Assembly (NCBI RefSeq): GCF_007748075.1
Contig: NZ_CP036280.1
Span: forward strand, 330,001 to 362,000
Length of the DNA: 32,000 bases
Reading direction: 5' to 3'
Source of the DNA: Mucisphaera calidilacus
GTDB lineage: Bacteria; Planctomycetota; Phycisphaerae; Phycisphaerales; Phycisphaeraceae
Made by a program: the position numbers and the translations under genes. A model generated the notes under the pieces. It had not been told where the DNA came from and made no database searches. It was given only the letters and a program-made list of their open reading frames with translations. Positions 16,243-24,900 of this stretch are shown piece after piece. The first letter of the stretch is position 1, and every line of letters begins with the position of its first letter.

Positions 16243-17979
16243 GTGCAACTGATGTCCTATTCGTTCGGTTCTTGTCGTCTATTCGGGGGCATCAAGCAGG
16301 GTGGTCGCGGTCAGCCGCGACGAGAACACACGGATGCTGAGCCGGAGTTCATCAGTCGAGCGGGTCTTCGTTTGGAAGTAACGAGCTATCGCGTGCGGAT
16401 TGGAAGCGAGTTGATCGGCCTGACGCCTATCGAGTTGCGCGTGCTCAAGCATCTGATGCAGCATCCTGATCGTGTCCATGCCAAGGCCGAGTTGCTCGAT
16501 GTTTGTCATGGCGGTTACACCGACGCCACGCCCAAGGCGTTGACGATGGTCATCTCTAGGCTGCGGCGGAAGTTGGGTCATCGGTCCGACCTGATCGAGA
16601 CGGTGCACGGCATCGGGTATCGATTTGGTGTTCGTCGTATTCGCACGGGCGCGGCAATGCTGGCCTTATGTGCGTTGCTGCAGTCATTCTTTGATGCTGT
16701 TGTTTGTCGTCCGCGGGCAACCCTCGCTTGTGCCTCGATGGTGACACTCTCGACGATGACCGTGGTCTGGACGGGCACGCGTTCTTCGATGGTGTGGCCC
16801 GGGCCGACACAGGCCAACGGGATCGCGACGCTTGGTGTAGCCGTGGTGCGTGACCTGAGTTATGAGGAGGCTGGTGGTGATGATCATCACTCGTCTCGTC
16901 CCATCAGTCTGCCTGGTGATGTGGGTTCGTCGATCGCCTATACGGGGTCGGATCACCGCTACATCACTGTCGCGGACCCCGGGACTGCTCTGGTTCGAGG
17001 CAACACCACGTACCTGAAGACCTATGAAATACGTCTTGATCCTGAGCGGCCCGGCGAGATTGATATTGCGGCCCGGAGCGCGAATCGGCTCCGTGATCGT
17101 CGCAATGTTGTCTATCGGATACCACACTGGCGGCGGCCGGAGGATTTCAATGCGAGCAGCTTTAACGGCGAGCCCGCACGGGTAGGCCGTGGGGGGGCGA
17201 TCTACGTTGGTGATCAGTACAGCCCCCGCATCGGTCGCTTCGACGCGTCGGGCAAGCTGCTGGATGTTATTGAGATCGGCGATGATCTGGGACTTCCGCG
17301 AGAACGTCATGATCTGGATCACGCTTCGACGCATCTGGTGCAGCATCGTCTGGTGACGTCATCAGATCGGGCAGTGGATGAGTCCTCTGGCCATCATGGC
17401 GGGGTTGAGGCGATCGCGATGACGCCTAGTCACCGCAGGCTTCTTGTGACTTCGGGCATGCACGACCGGGCGACTTATGGGCCTGCGGGGAACCCGTGTG
17501 TACGGTTGGTTGAGATGCGTCACGACGGTACCGATCGCTGTGTGTACAGCTATCCGCTGGAGCACAGCGATCACCGGCTTGTTGAGTTACTCGCCGTGAG
17601 CGAGAATCGTTTTCTGGCGCACGAGAGACTGGATGCCGAGGGGTCGGGGCGCGTGTTCAGCCGGTTGTATCTTTTTGATCTGAGAACGGGTACGCGTGCG
17701 ATTCCGGGCCGGGGCGGGCGTGTCTCGGTTCCTGAGTCGCGGCCCGTTGAAAAGGAGGTATTCATCGATTTTGCTGATGGCGGGCTGCTTCCGATCGAGC
17801 ACGTCCGGGCGCATCGGATCGAGGGACTAACCTTTGGACCTCGACTCAAGGATGGCCGCTACCTTCTTCTCGGTATCAGTGATAACGAGCAATCGTACGA
17901 CGCTCCGACGGTGCTTTATGCCTTCGCGATCGACCCTATGTCCCTGCCCGGTCTTGAGGCATACTATCCGCCCTTGTAA
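16243..17979 (+). CDS. Membrane-anchored ToxR/CadC-like one-component regulator: OmpR/PhoB-type wHTH, TM segment(s) and an extracytoplasmic phytase-like (esterase-like activity of phytase) beta-propeller domain
   Basis: wHTH: LIGLTPIELRVLKHLMQHPDRVHAKAELLDVCHG...ALTMVISRLRRKLGHRSDLIETVHGIGYRFG. Hydrophobic stretches: AAMLALCALLQSFFDAVV and LACASMVTLSTMTVVW. C-terminal blocks: GGVEAIAMTPSHRRLLV and HRIEGLTFGP..GRYLLLGISDNE. No receiver domain. GTG at 16243, with an alternative ATG at 16252. Confidence 0.65.
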   Translation: MQLMSYSFGSCRLFGGIKQGGRGQPRREHTDAEPEFISRAGLRLEVTSYRVRIGSELIGLTPIELRVLKHLMQHPDRVHAKAELLDVCHGGYTDATPKALTMVISRLRRKLGHRSDLIETVHGIGYRFGVRRIRTGAAMLALCALLQSFFDAVVCRPRATLACASMVTLSTMTVVWTGTRSSMVWPGPTQANGIATLGVAVVRDLSYEEAGGDDHHSSRPISLPGDVGSSIAYTGSDHRYITVADPGTALVRGNTTYLKTYEIRLDPERPGEIDIAARSANRLRDRRNVVYRIPHWRRPEDFNASSFNGEPARVGRGGAIYVGDQYSPRIGRFDASGKLLDVIEIGDDLGLPRERHDLDHASTHLVQHRLVTSSDRAVDESSGHHGGVEAIAMTPSHRRLLVTSGMHDRATYGPAGNPCVRLVEMRHDGTDRCVYSYPLEHSDHRLVELLAVSENRFLAHERLDAEGSGRVFSRLYLFDLRTGTRAIPGRGGRVSVPESRPVEKEVFIDFADGGLLPIEHVRAHRIEGLTFGPRLKDGRYLLLGISDNEQSYDAPTVLYAFAIDPMSLPGLEAYYPPL

Positions 17980-18017
17980 TCCACTGCTGACTCGTTGACG
18001 GGAGCCCCTCCGGGAAG

Positions 18018-18043
18018 AGGCCTGTACACGCAGGCCTTTGTAT
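18018..18043 (+). terminator. Rho-independent terminator after the ToxR-like gene
   Basis: AGGCCTG-TACACG-CAGGCCT followed by TTGTAT, 39 nt after the stop at 17979. Confidence 0.6.
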
Positions 18044-18154
18044 GCATGTTATGGGAGTGAGTGTGTCCGAATTATCATCGTTTGTTGCATATCTATAACG
18101 GCGTTCTAACAAGTATGTTGCCATCCCCAATGACATAACTCTATCGTGGCTGCC

Positions 18155-19210
18155 ATGACTGACGCAGTGACGATCAGAGTGATACATGCTTCGCACCCCC
18201 GCGGATCGATCCATGCGCGTGGAGGATTCGGCTTTACGCTGATCGAGCTGTTGGTGGTTATCTCGATTATCGCTCTACTCATGGGCATCCTGCTGCCGGC
18301 GTTGGGCGCAGCGCGTGATGTTGCACGCCGGGCGATCTGCATGAGCAACATGCGTTCGGCGGTGTCGGGTGTTCTGACTTACGGCACCGCCAATAATGAA
18401 TGGTTGCCCGGGCCGCACACCAGTGGTGACCGTTACAACAGTGGTTATGGTCTGTCTGATGTGGACGCCCAAACCAACAGCAGCCCGACGACACCGATTC
18501 AGAATATGGATTGGGCTTCACCCGCGCTCGGCGACGGCCTCGGCTTGCCGAGCAACGACATGATGCGAGCAATCCAGCTCTACGACACAGATCTGCACTG
18601 CCCCTCCAACGACAGTAACTACAACGCGGTCTTCGGTGGAAGCCTGCCTAACGGATACGCCCCAGAGAACATACGCTTTGCGAGTTACAGTGCGGTTCTT
18701 GAGTTTCACGACTATGAACGAGGCGACCCGCCTGCGAATACTTCGCCCAACATCCAGGTCCGCACCGGCTTTGGATTCCAGTATCCCCAGGGCTATCAGC
18801 CGCAACTCTTTCGGATCGGTAGTGAATCGACGAAGGTCTTTCTGGTCGAGGGCGGTCGATATGTAGAGGGGCTGTTCGGGCCGAGCCCGTACCTGTCGCT
18901 GAATCTGACGCGATACCAGATCCAGGGAGGGGGGTTCATGGCGGCGGGTCCTTACCAGCGGTGGCCTAACGTCTCCCATAGCCTCCCGACGCCCTCGGGC
19001 ATGAAGATGAGTAAGCACGCGGAGACCTATGCGTGGCGGCACAACAAGGGTATGAATCGAGCATTCTTTGACGGGCACGTCGAGTATGACGTGTGGACGG
19101 ATGCCCTTGACATCACGAGCTATGTTCCTTCCGGATCCGTGATGGTCAACCCGCGTTCGATGTACTGGCCCACACGCGAGCGCTACGAAGAGGGCGATGT
19201 AATCGATTGA
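18155..19210 (+). CDS. Prepilin-type N-terminal cleavage/methylation protein, DUF1559 / H-X9-DG family (pseudopilin-like)
   Basis: RGGFG|[42 protein letters not shown] at the N-terminus. C-terminal [14 protein letters not shown] (H-x9-DG). ATG at 18155; the track uses an in-frame GTG at 18146. Confidence 0.85.
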   Translation: MTDAVTIRVIHASHPRGSIHARGGFGFTLIELLVVISIIALLMGILLPALGAARDVARRAICMSNMRSAVSGVLTYGTANNEWLPGPHTSGDRYNSGYGLSDVDAQTNSSPTTPIQNMDWASPALGDGLGLPSNDMMRAIQLYDTDLHCPSNDSNYNAVFGGSLPNGYAPENIRFASYSAVLEFHDYERGDPPANTSPNIQVRTGFGFQYPQGYQPQLFRIGSESTKVFLVEGGRYVEGLFGPSPYLSLNLTRYQIQGGGFMAAGPYQRWPNVSHSLPTPSGMKMSKHAETYAWRHNKGMNRAFFDGHVEYDVWTDALDITSYVPSGSVMVNPRSMYWPTRERYEEGDVID

Positions 19211-19267
19211 GATCCGCGTTACCCGATCATGACATACGAGTGACATTAACCCTGAGGAGTCGATAAG

Positions 19268-21190
19268 ATGAGACAGTCTTCAAGTATCTGCCTGACCGCC
19301 GCCTTGACACTTGCCTACGCTGTTTATGGCTCGGCTGCGAGCGTGCAGCCGTCCTTGCAGATCATCGTAGAGGCCGACCCGTCCTCCACTTCGGGTGACC
19401 CCCGACGAGCATCGGAGAGAGACCGAACCTTCGGTTTCAACACAACCCAGAACGGGCGATTCCTCGCCGTAGAGAATGTCGACGAGAAGGGATTCTTCTT
19501 ACCCACCGAATGGTATGAATTCAATCCTGTCAACGGAATTTACGAGACTTATATAGATCCTGAGCAAGCCGGTAGCGGCTGGGGATATGACGATATCAGC
19601 TACCAGGGTTCTACCGGAAACTATTTCTATTACATCGGCAGAAAATACGACCAGTACGACGATGTCAGTGCCATTCACAATCTCCGAGTGACTCCTGAGC
19701 AGCTTGAGGCCGGCTCGGTCCCGACCGTCCTCCGGCGTTTCAGTGGCCCCGAGGGATTTCCTCAGGGTGAATCTCTTCCTGACGGCAAGGTGATGGCAGC
19801 GAGTTATTCGTGGTCAACCGGTGGCGTTCCTGTGGAGAACAGGGCTGTTCCGGGTGAGTACATTTTCTCTAACCTGATCCCGGGTGTGAGCACGATCTCC
19901 CCATTCGATCGTGACGTCTACGGCTTCTATGGTCGGACAGGTGATGGTCCCATCTCACTGGTCCTCAACGACACGACGGTGTTGCCCAATGACCGCAGAC
20001 TATCGCCGACATCGGGATTGGGCAGTGATGCCAGGGTGGGCTTTCTGGACGACGGCATGATCCTCGCGCTCAGGACTGTCGACAAGAACGCGCTCCCCTT
20101 CCTGCCCAGCAGCATCCAGGATGACCTCATTCGGATCGACAACGGCGGCAGCATCACCATGATCGACCTCGAAGGCATCGTGAATCCCGCAGCCGTGCCA
20201 TTCAGCGAGATCAGGCTGATGGGTGAGGTCACGTCGGCACGAGGACCCAAGGGCAACGGCATCGAGGCGAACGCCTTGGGGTCTCAGTTCCTCACCACCA
20301 ACGGCGACTTCCTGCTCCGCGCGATCTACACCGACGATCTCGGGGCAACCCAGAGCGGCATCTACCGCTCCTCCGATCTTCAGAACATCGAGATGATCAT
20401 TGACCTCGATGAACTTGTTGACCCCGTCAACGGTGAAGCGATCACCAACTCGCGCGGCGAGGTTATCAAGGACCCCATCCGTTTCAACATCGACGACCAC
20501 GGCCGTGCGACGTTCGTCGGCTGGACAGCCAGCGACGAGAGCTCCTACTACGCCATCGTCGATGGCGAGGTGTTCAGGCTGGTGAATCAGGGCGAAGTCG
20601 TGCCCGGTGGGCGTCAGATCCGGGACGCCTCCGGTGGCAGCGCAGGCGCCTTCACCAACATGAGTCTGACCCACGCCTTCATCGAGGACCACTTCGTCTT
20701 CAACGCACGCGTGAGAGGCTTAGATGGGGATTACGATGAGTACGCGCTCTTCTCGGTCGACCTGACACAGCTGAGCAACACGCTTGCCGGGGACTTTAAC
20801 GACGACGGGGTCATCGACGAGATCGACATCGACCTGCTCGTTTCGGCGATCACCACCCAGGCCGGCGCGGGTTATGACCTCGACGGGTCGGGAAGCGTCG
20901 ACCAGGGCGATCTGAGCTACCTGGTCGAATCGGTGCTCGAGACCCACTTCGGCGACGCGAACCTCGACGGCAGCGTCGACCTGCTGGACCTGTCGCTGCT
21001 CGCGAGCCATTTTAGCGACGAGGCGGGTTGGGCCGGGGGCAACGGCAACACCGATCAAATCGTCGACCTGCTGGACCTGTCGCTGCTCGCGAGCAACTTC
21101 GGCCAGAGCAACAACGTGATCCCGGAGCCGGCAGTCCTGTCGGTCTGCACACTCGCGGCGCTGGTCACGATCCGGCGACGCAGGCAATAG
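19268..21190 (+). CDS. Large secreted protein of unknown function with C-terminal dockerin-type repeats and a PEP-CTERM anchor
   Basis: GAGGAG upstream of the start. Signal peptide ICLTAALTLAYAVYGSAAS. The roughly 500-aa N-terminal region has no recognisable motif. It is followed by GDFNDDGVIDEIDIDLLV, DLDGSGSVDQGDLSYLV, GDANLDGSVDLLDLSLLASHF and GNGNTDQIVDLLDLSLLASNFG, and ends with IPEPAVLSVCTLAALVTIRRRRQ. Confidence 0.75.
   Translation: MRQSSSICLTAALTLAYAVYGSAASVQPSLQIIVEADPSSTSGDPRRASERDRTFGFNTTQNGRFLAVENVDEKGFFLPTEWYEFNPVNGIYETYIDPEQAGSGWGYDDISYQGSTGNYFYYIGRKYDQYDDVSAIHNLRVTPEQLEAGSVPTVLRRFSGPEGFPQGESLPDGKVMAASYSWSTGGVPVENRAVPGEYIFSNLIPGVSTISPFDRDVYGFYGRTGDGPISLVLNDTTVLPNDRRLSPTSGLGSDARVGFLDDGMILALRTVDKNALPFLPSSIQDDLIRIDNGGSITMIDLEGIVNPAAVPFSEIRLMGEVTSARGPKGNGIEANALGSQFLTTNGDFLLRAIYTDDLGATQSGIYRSSDLQNIEMIIDLDELVDPVNGEAITNSRGEVIKDPIRFNIDDHGRATFVGWTASDESSYYAIVDGEVFRLVNQGEVVPGGRQIRDASGGSAGAFTNMSLTHAFIEDHFVFNARVRGLDGDYDEYALFSVDLTQLSNTLAGDFNDDGVIDEIDIDLLVSAITTQAGAGYDLDGSGSVDQGDLSYLVESVLETHFGDANLDGSVDLLDLSLLASHFSDEAGWAGGNGNTDQIVDLLDLSLLASNFGQSNNVIPEPAVLSVCTLAALVTIRRRRQ
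20974..21094 (+). repeat. Perfect 34-nt direct repeat inside the 19268-21190 gene (87-nt period)
   Basis: cgtcgacctgctggacctgtcgctgctcgcgagc occurs at 20974-21007 and again at 21061-21094. Both copies encode VDLLDLSLLAS of adjacent dockerin-type repeats. Confidence 0.85.
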
Positions 21191-21296
21191 ATAGCCACAG
21201 TCACCACGATGCCGGCGTGTTGTCGGCATCTATCACCACGCAGGACCGTCGACACGTCACGCCGACGATCCAGGAAGAAAGAGAAGGTTTGAAGCT

Positions 21297-22271
21297 ATGA
21301 AAACGACTCACTCCTTGTTCACGACCGGACTTCTGCTCGCAGGAATCGCAGGCCCTGCACAAGGCCAGCTGACCGCTGGAAGCCTGACCATCGACTACGC
21401 TTCCGGCGACGTCGAATTCACCCTCAACGGCGGCTTCACCATTACGGACGTGCACGAGTTCGGCATCAGTCTTGCGAACCCACCGGCTCCTTTTGGCGGT
21501 TCGTCAGTGATGAACATGGACGCGTGGAGCAGCTACCGCGACAGCAATGATGAGGCTTTCCAGCCCAACCTATATGACACCGAGATTCCGGGCAGGTGGC
21601 AGATTGATCCGCTGTCTGTTGAGGGTCTTACGGACGTGACCGGCCCGCTGACGATTTCCATCCCGGGCCTGTACGACGGTGTTGCATGGAAGACGACGTA
21701 CGGCAGCTCGGGCAGCGCCGGGAGCGCCATCTTCCAGCGTAACGGCCAGCCCCCGGTCCAGATCGAGGCCGAGGTCATCAACGACGTGCCCGGCCCCGAG
21801 GTGATTATCAACAGCGCCACGGGCGACCTCACCTTTTACTTCCCCGACGAGGACTTCGTCATCCGTGAGTGGCGTGTCGGGAACTTCTACGGCTTCAGCG
21901 ATGAGGTGTCCTGGAATATCGACAACGCCGACATCAGCGGGCTCCCTGAGAACTGGACCATCTCGAGCTACGACAACCAGACGCTCTACATGAACACCAT
22001 CGATGGTGAGGAAGTCGGATTCGACGGCCCCATGAGCATCACCATCAAGGACGTCTTCGTTGGCCAGGGTTACCTGGACGGTATCGTCAGCAACGGAACC
22101 ATCGAGCCCGACGAACTCGATCGCGCCTTTACCAACAGCTGGAAGTCCGAGGCGCTGGGCATCAAGCATGGATATTCGCGTCTGACCGGCGTGCGAGTCG
22201 AGGTCCCCGAGCCCGCCGCCTTCACGCTTGTGGGTCTCGGTGCGGTTGCGCTGATGCGCCGCTCGGCATGA
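21297..22271 (+). CDS. Secreted PEP-CTERM protein, function unknown, with an apparent internal two-domain duplication
   Basis: Signal peptide LFTTGLLLAGIAGPAQGQ. The two halves share blocks: ASGDVEFTL..FTITDVHEFG / ATGDLTFYF..FVIREWRVG and GPLTISIPGLY / GPMSITIKDVF. C-terminus VPEPAAFTLVGLGAVALMRRSA. Confidence 0.7.
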   Translation: MKTTHSLFTTGLLLAGIAGPAQGQLTAGSLTIDYASGDVEFTLNGGFTITDVHEFGISLANPPAPFGGSSVMNMDAWSSYRDSNDEAFQPNLYDTEIPGRWQIDPLSVEGLTDVTGPLTISIPGLYDGVAWKTTYGSSGSAGSAIFQRNGQPPVQIEAEVINDVPGPEVIINSATGDLTFYFPDEDFVIREWRVGNFYGFSDEVSWNIDNADISGLPENWTISSYDNQTLYMNTIDGEEVGFDGPMSITIKDVFVGQGYLDGIVSNGTIEPDELDRAFTNSWKSEALGIKHGYSRLTGVRVEVPEPAAFTLVGLGAVALMRRSA

Positions 22272-22355
22272 TCCTCCTCTGTCTGTTCACCGTTCCCCCT
22301 AACGGGGGTTCGGTGACTTGTCTGCCGATACGTCATCAGGATCCCGGTACACAGC

Positions 22356-23321
22356 ATGCGAACAATCAGGCACAGTCTTGCATTCACGCTGATCGAACTG
22401 CTCGTGGTGATATCCATACTCGCGCTGTTGATTGGGCTGCTGCTGCCGGCCCTCCGTTCTGCCAGAGAGACGGCACGAACCGCGGTCTGTCTGGCCAACA
22501 TGAAGTCTTATGGCATCGGGCTTGATGTTTATGCGCTGGAGCACAACGGTTGGCTCGCAGGCCCTTACACCTCGGGCAACGGCAATCGTCGTTGGGGGCA
22601 GGCGGATGTCTTCAACTGGGCGGAGGAGACCGCTTCCAATGCTCCGTCTTACGCGTATGACTGGGTATCACCATCCATGAGCGATATCATGGGCGGATTG
22701 CCTCGGCAACGTGCGAAGCGACTCGTGGCTATTCTCAACAGCGAATTATCATGTCCCACCAATGATATTGAGTACGGATCATCCAATGGGCTCTCCGGTG
22801 AGGACGTTTACTCGGATCCCTACGGGCCCAGTGATGCGGTCATACGCAATGCGAATGGCGGCGAGCTTCCGCAGCTAGTCGACTACTCTCTCATCCTCGG
22901 ATTTCACGAGACACGATACGGTCCTTACGAGGCTGATTCGGGTTATCAACCCAACTTGAATCAGATCGGGAGACCATCGGCCAAGGCATCGGTACAGGAG
23001 GGTGCTGACCCCAGGTTTCTTGATGTACGCGGCTTCGATCTTGGGAGCGAGTACAACGATTACTCGGGAGGTCCGCTCTGCCATCGTGGTGCCGCATCCT
23101 ATACGGATGGCAGCACTTTCAGAAAGTCCGAACCCGGCAAGGTCACGGATCTGGCGCAAACCTATGCATTCCGTCATCCCAACAAGACGATTAATACTCT
23201 CTTTTTCGACGGTCACGTGGATAATCAGGATTCCTACGCGGCCATAGGCGGGTTTGCCCAGTACTTTCCTGAGGCATTTGTGCCGTACGAGTTCTATCGT
23301 GATCTGTACGGGTTGGACTAG
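22356..23321 (+). CDS. Prepilin-type N-terminal cleavage/methylation protein, DUF1559 / H-X9-DG family (pseudopilin-like)
   Basis: HSLA|[42 protein letters not shown] at the N-terminus, with Ala rather than Gly at the -1 position. C-terminal [15 protein letters not shown]. Confidence 0.85.
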   Translation: MRTIRHSLAFTLIELLVVISILALLIGLLLPALRSARETARTAVCLANMKSYGIGLDVYALEHNGWLAGPYTSGNGNRRWGQADVFNWAEETASNAPSYAYDWVSPSMSDIMGGLPRQRAKRLVAILNSELSCPTNDIEYGSSNGLSGEDVYSDPYGPSDAVIRNANGGELPQLVDYSLILGFHETRYGPYEADSGYQPNLNQIGRPSAKASVQEGADPRFLDVRGFDLGSEYNDYSGGPLCHRGAASYTDGSTFRKSEPGKVTDLAQTYAFRHPNKTINTLFFDGHVDNQDSYAAIGGFAQYFPEAFVPYEFYRDLYGLD

Positions 23322-23416
23322 GCCGTGCTTGACTGCTCATCTGCGCGGCGGTTGTTAGACGCTTGCGCGAGGTTGACAGGGTTGCGAAGATGACCTTGCT
23401 GACAAGGAGGTCATGG

Positions 23417-23491
23417 ATGCGACGCTACGAACTGACCGATGAAGCGCGGGTATGGCTGGAATCTGATGCCCGCTGCCGGGTCAGGCGGTAG
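23417..23491 (+). mobile_element. IS5/IS4-type (DUF4096-like) transposase N-terminal stub, 24 codons
   Basis: AAGGAGG followed by ATG; the translation is MRRYELTDEARVWLESDARCRVRR*. The MRRYELTDE..W motif is the characteristic N-terminus of IS5-group transposases. The rest of the gene is absent. An inverted repeat ATGACCT (23390-23396) / AGGTCAT (23408-23414) overlaps the RBS. Confidence 0.45.
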
Positions 23492-23512
23492 TTTCGATAG
23501 CGTCACATGGCT

Positions 23513-24772
23513 TTAGAGCATCAGGGCGAGGCGGTCATCGTCGGTGAAGCAGGCGAGTGTGCTCCATCCCCAGAAGGGGTTGAGTCCACATCCTTCGCCG
23601 GTCTCGGCGTTGTAGTACTCGCGGAAGCCGGCCTTGTTCACCAGTTCCATGGTTGCCGTGTCGATCCGCTTCGCTTCGTCGTGGTATCCGTAGTGTCTGA
23701 GTCCCCGGGCGAGCATGTAGTTGGTGGGGACCCATGTGTTGGCGCGCCAGCTGCAGCCGATGTCAGCGGGCAGCGGGGTTTGGCTGTACCAGCGTTCGGT
23801 TCGGGCGAGTGTCGGGACGGGGTAGGGCGACGCGAAGCCGTTGTTGTCAAGCAGGTGTTCATGGACCATCCGCCTGGCCTGTTCGGGGGTGGCAACGCGA
23901 GCCCAGAGTGTGCTGAAGGCGGCGATGCTACGCACGCGGATCTGTTTGTCGCTGACAGGCGTCCAGAGTTGCGAACCCCGCGGGGCAGAGTCGCAGAAGG
24001 TATCGGATTGGGCGCGGAGGTTGCCGTCGTAGAAGAACCCGGTCTCTTCATCCCAGAGTCGTTGACGGATTCGGGATGCTCGTGCCTCTGCCTGCTGCTC
24101 GCGGGCTGATGCCTGCTCGTCCTGCCCTGCCAGTCGGAGGAGGGCGGCGAGTGCGCGGCACTCACGGACGAGGTAGCAGTTGAGATCCACGCCCTGGCTG
24201 ACGCGGTCGAGCCAGTAGCCAGCCCGTTCATGCTGGTTGTCCATGCCGGTGTGGGGTGCGCTCATCCAGTCGCTGAGGCCCGAGTTCGTGCTGTCCATCG
24301 TGTTGAGCCAGTAGTCGAGGTATCGCTGTAGTCCTGTGAGCAGGCCGGGTTCGAGAAGCCAGTCGATGTTGTTGCGGGCCACGGTGCTGAGGTGCGCGAT
24401 CTGGGCGAGAAAGGGCTTGACGTGCTCGTGGTCATGGGTCGGTGTTGAGGGGACAGAGCGTGCGATAAAACCGTCTTCGCGTTGATGGTTGAGAAAGATC
24501 CGGATGGCGTTCTGGGAGAGGTGCGCCGGCCAGTCCATTGCGATGAGGATGAGGGTGTCAAAGAACTGGTCCCAGTCGTAGAGCGTGTGGTAGGCGTAGC
24601 CAGTGAAGTACTCGAGTCCGGTGGTGGGGTCGGTGATGACGCCCGTTCTCATGAGCTGTTCAATCTCGTTAAGTTGTTTTCTAGCAATAAAAAAGGAATC
24701 GGGTGGTGTCCATGTGCCCGGTGTGATTGGTGTGGCTTGGGGGATGTTGAGGGATGTGTGTATCTGGTTCAT
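23513..24772 (-). CDS. Cytoplasmic (alpha/alpha)6-barrel glycoside hydrolase, GH63/GH37-like (MGH1/trehalase-type)
   Basis: Blocks seen: YFTGYAYHTLYDWDQFFD, HQREDGFIARS, GLSDWMSAPHTGMDNQ, RLWDEETGFFYD, WRANTWVPTNYMLARGLRHYGY and FREYYNAETGEGCGLNPFWGWSTLA. No signal peptide. Confidence 0.6.
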   Translation of the reverse strand: MNQIHTSLNIPQATPITPGTWTPPDSFFIARKQLNEIEQLMRTGVITDPTTGLEYFTGYAYHTLYDWDQFFDTLILIAMDWPAHLSQNAIRIFLNHQREDGFIARSVPSTPTHDHEHVKPFLAQIAHLSTVARNNIDWLLEPGLLTGLQRYLDYWLNTMDSTNSGLSDWMSAPHTGMDNQHERAGYWLDRVSQGVDLNCYLVRECRALAALLRLAGQDEQASAREQQAEARASRIRQRLWDEETGFFYDGNLRAQSDTFCDSAPRGSQLWTPVSDKQIRVRSIAAFSTLWARVATPEQARRMVHEHLLDNNGFASPYPVPTLARTERWYSQTPLPADIGCSWRANTWVPTNYMLARGLRHYGYHDEAKRIDTATMELVNKAGFREYYNAETGEGCGLNPFWGWSTLACFTDDDRLALML

Positions 24773-24834
24773 CGTTGGGCATCCTCTTGAAAAAGGATCA
24801 GAAAGTGATTGACACGGCCTGAATCGGCGTTTAT

Positions 24835-24862
24835 CTTACACGTGTAATATTTCACGTGTAAG
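24835..24862. promoter_or_regulatory. Candidate operator: 10-bp perfect inverted repeat CTTACACGTG-N8-CACGTGTAAG containing two CACGTG-centred sites
   Basis: TTACACGTGTAA (24836-24847) is a perfect 12-bp palindrome, and TTCACGTGTAA follows at 24851-24861. The element lies in the 128-bp divergent intergenic region between the GH63-like gene (start 24772, minus strand) and the LacI-family gene (start 24901, plus strand). Confidence 0.5.
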
Positions 24863-24900
24863 TTTTGTGGTTGATTTGATTCACGATTTTTATTCAGGAC

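Noticed and set aside
23413-23442. The alternative 9-codon ORF (MDATLRTDR) starting at ATG 23413.
   Set aside because: It is out of frame with the transposase-like reading, too short and has no motif. The 23417 frame gives the recognisable IS5-type N-terminus.
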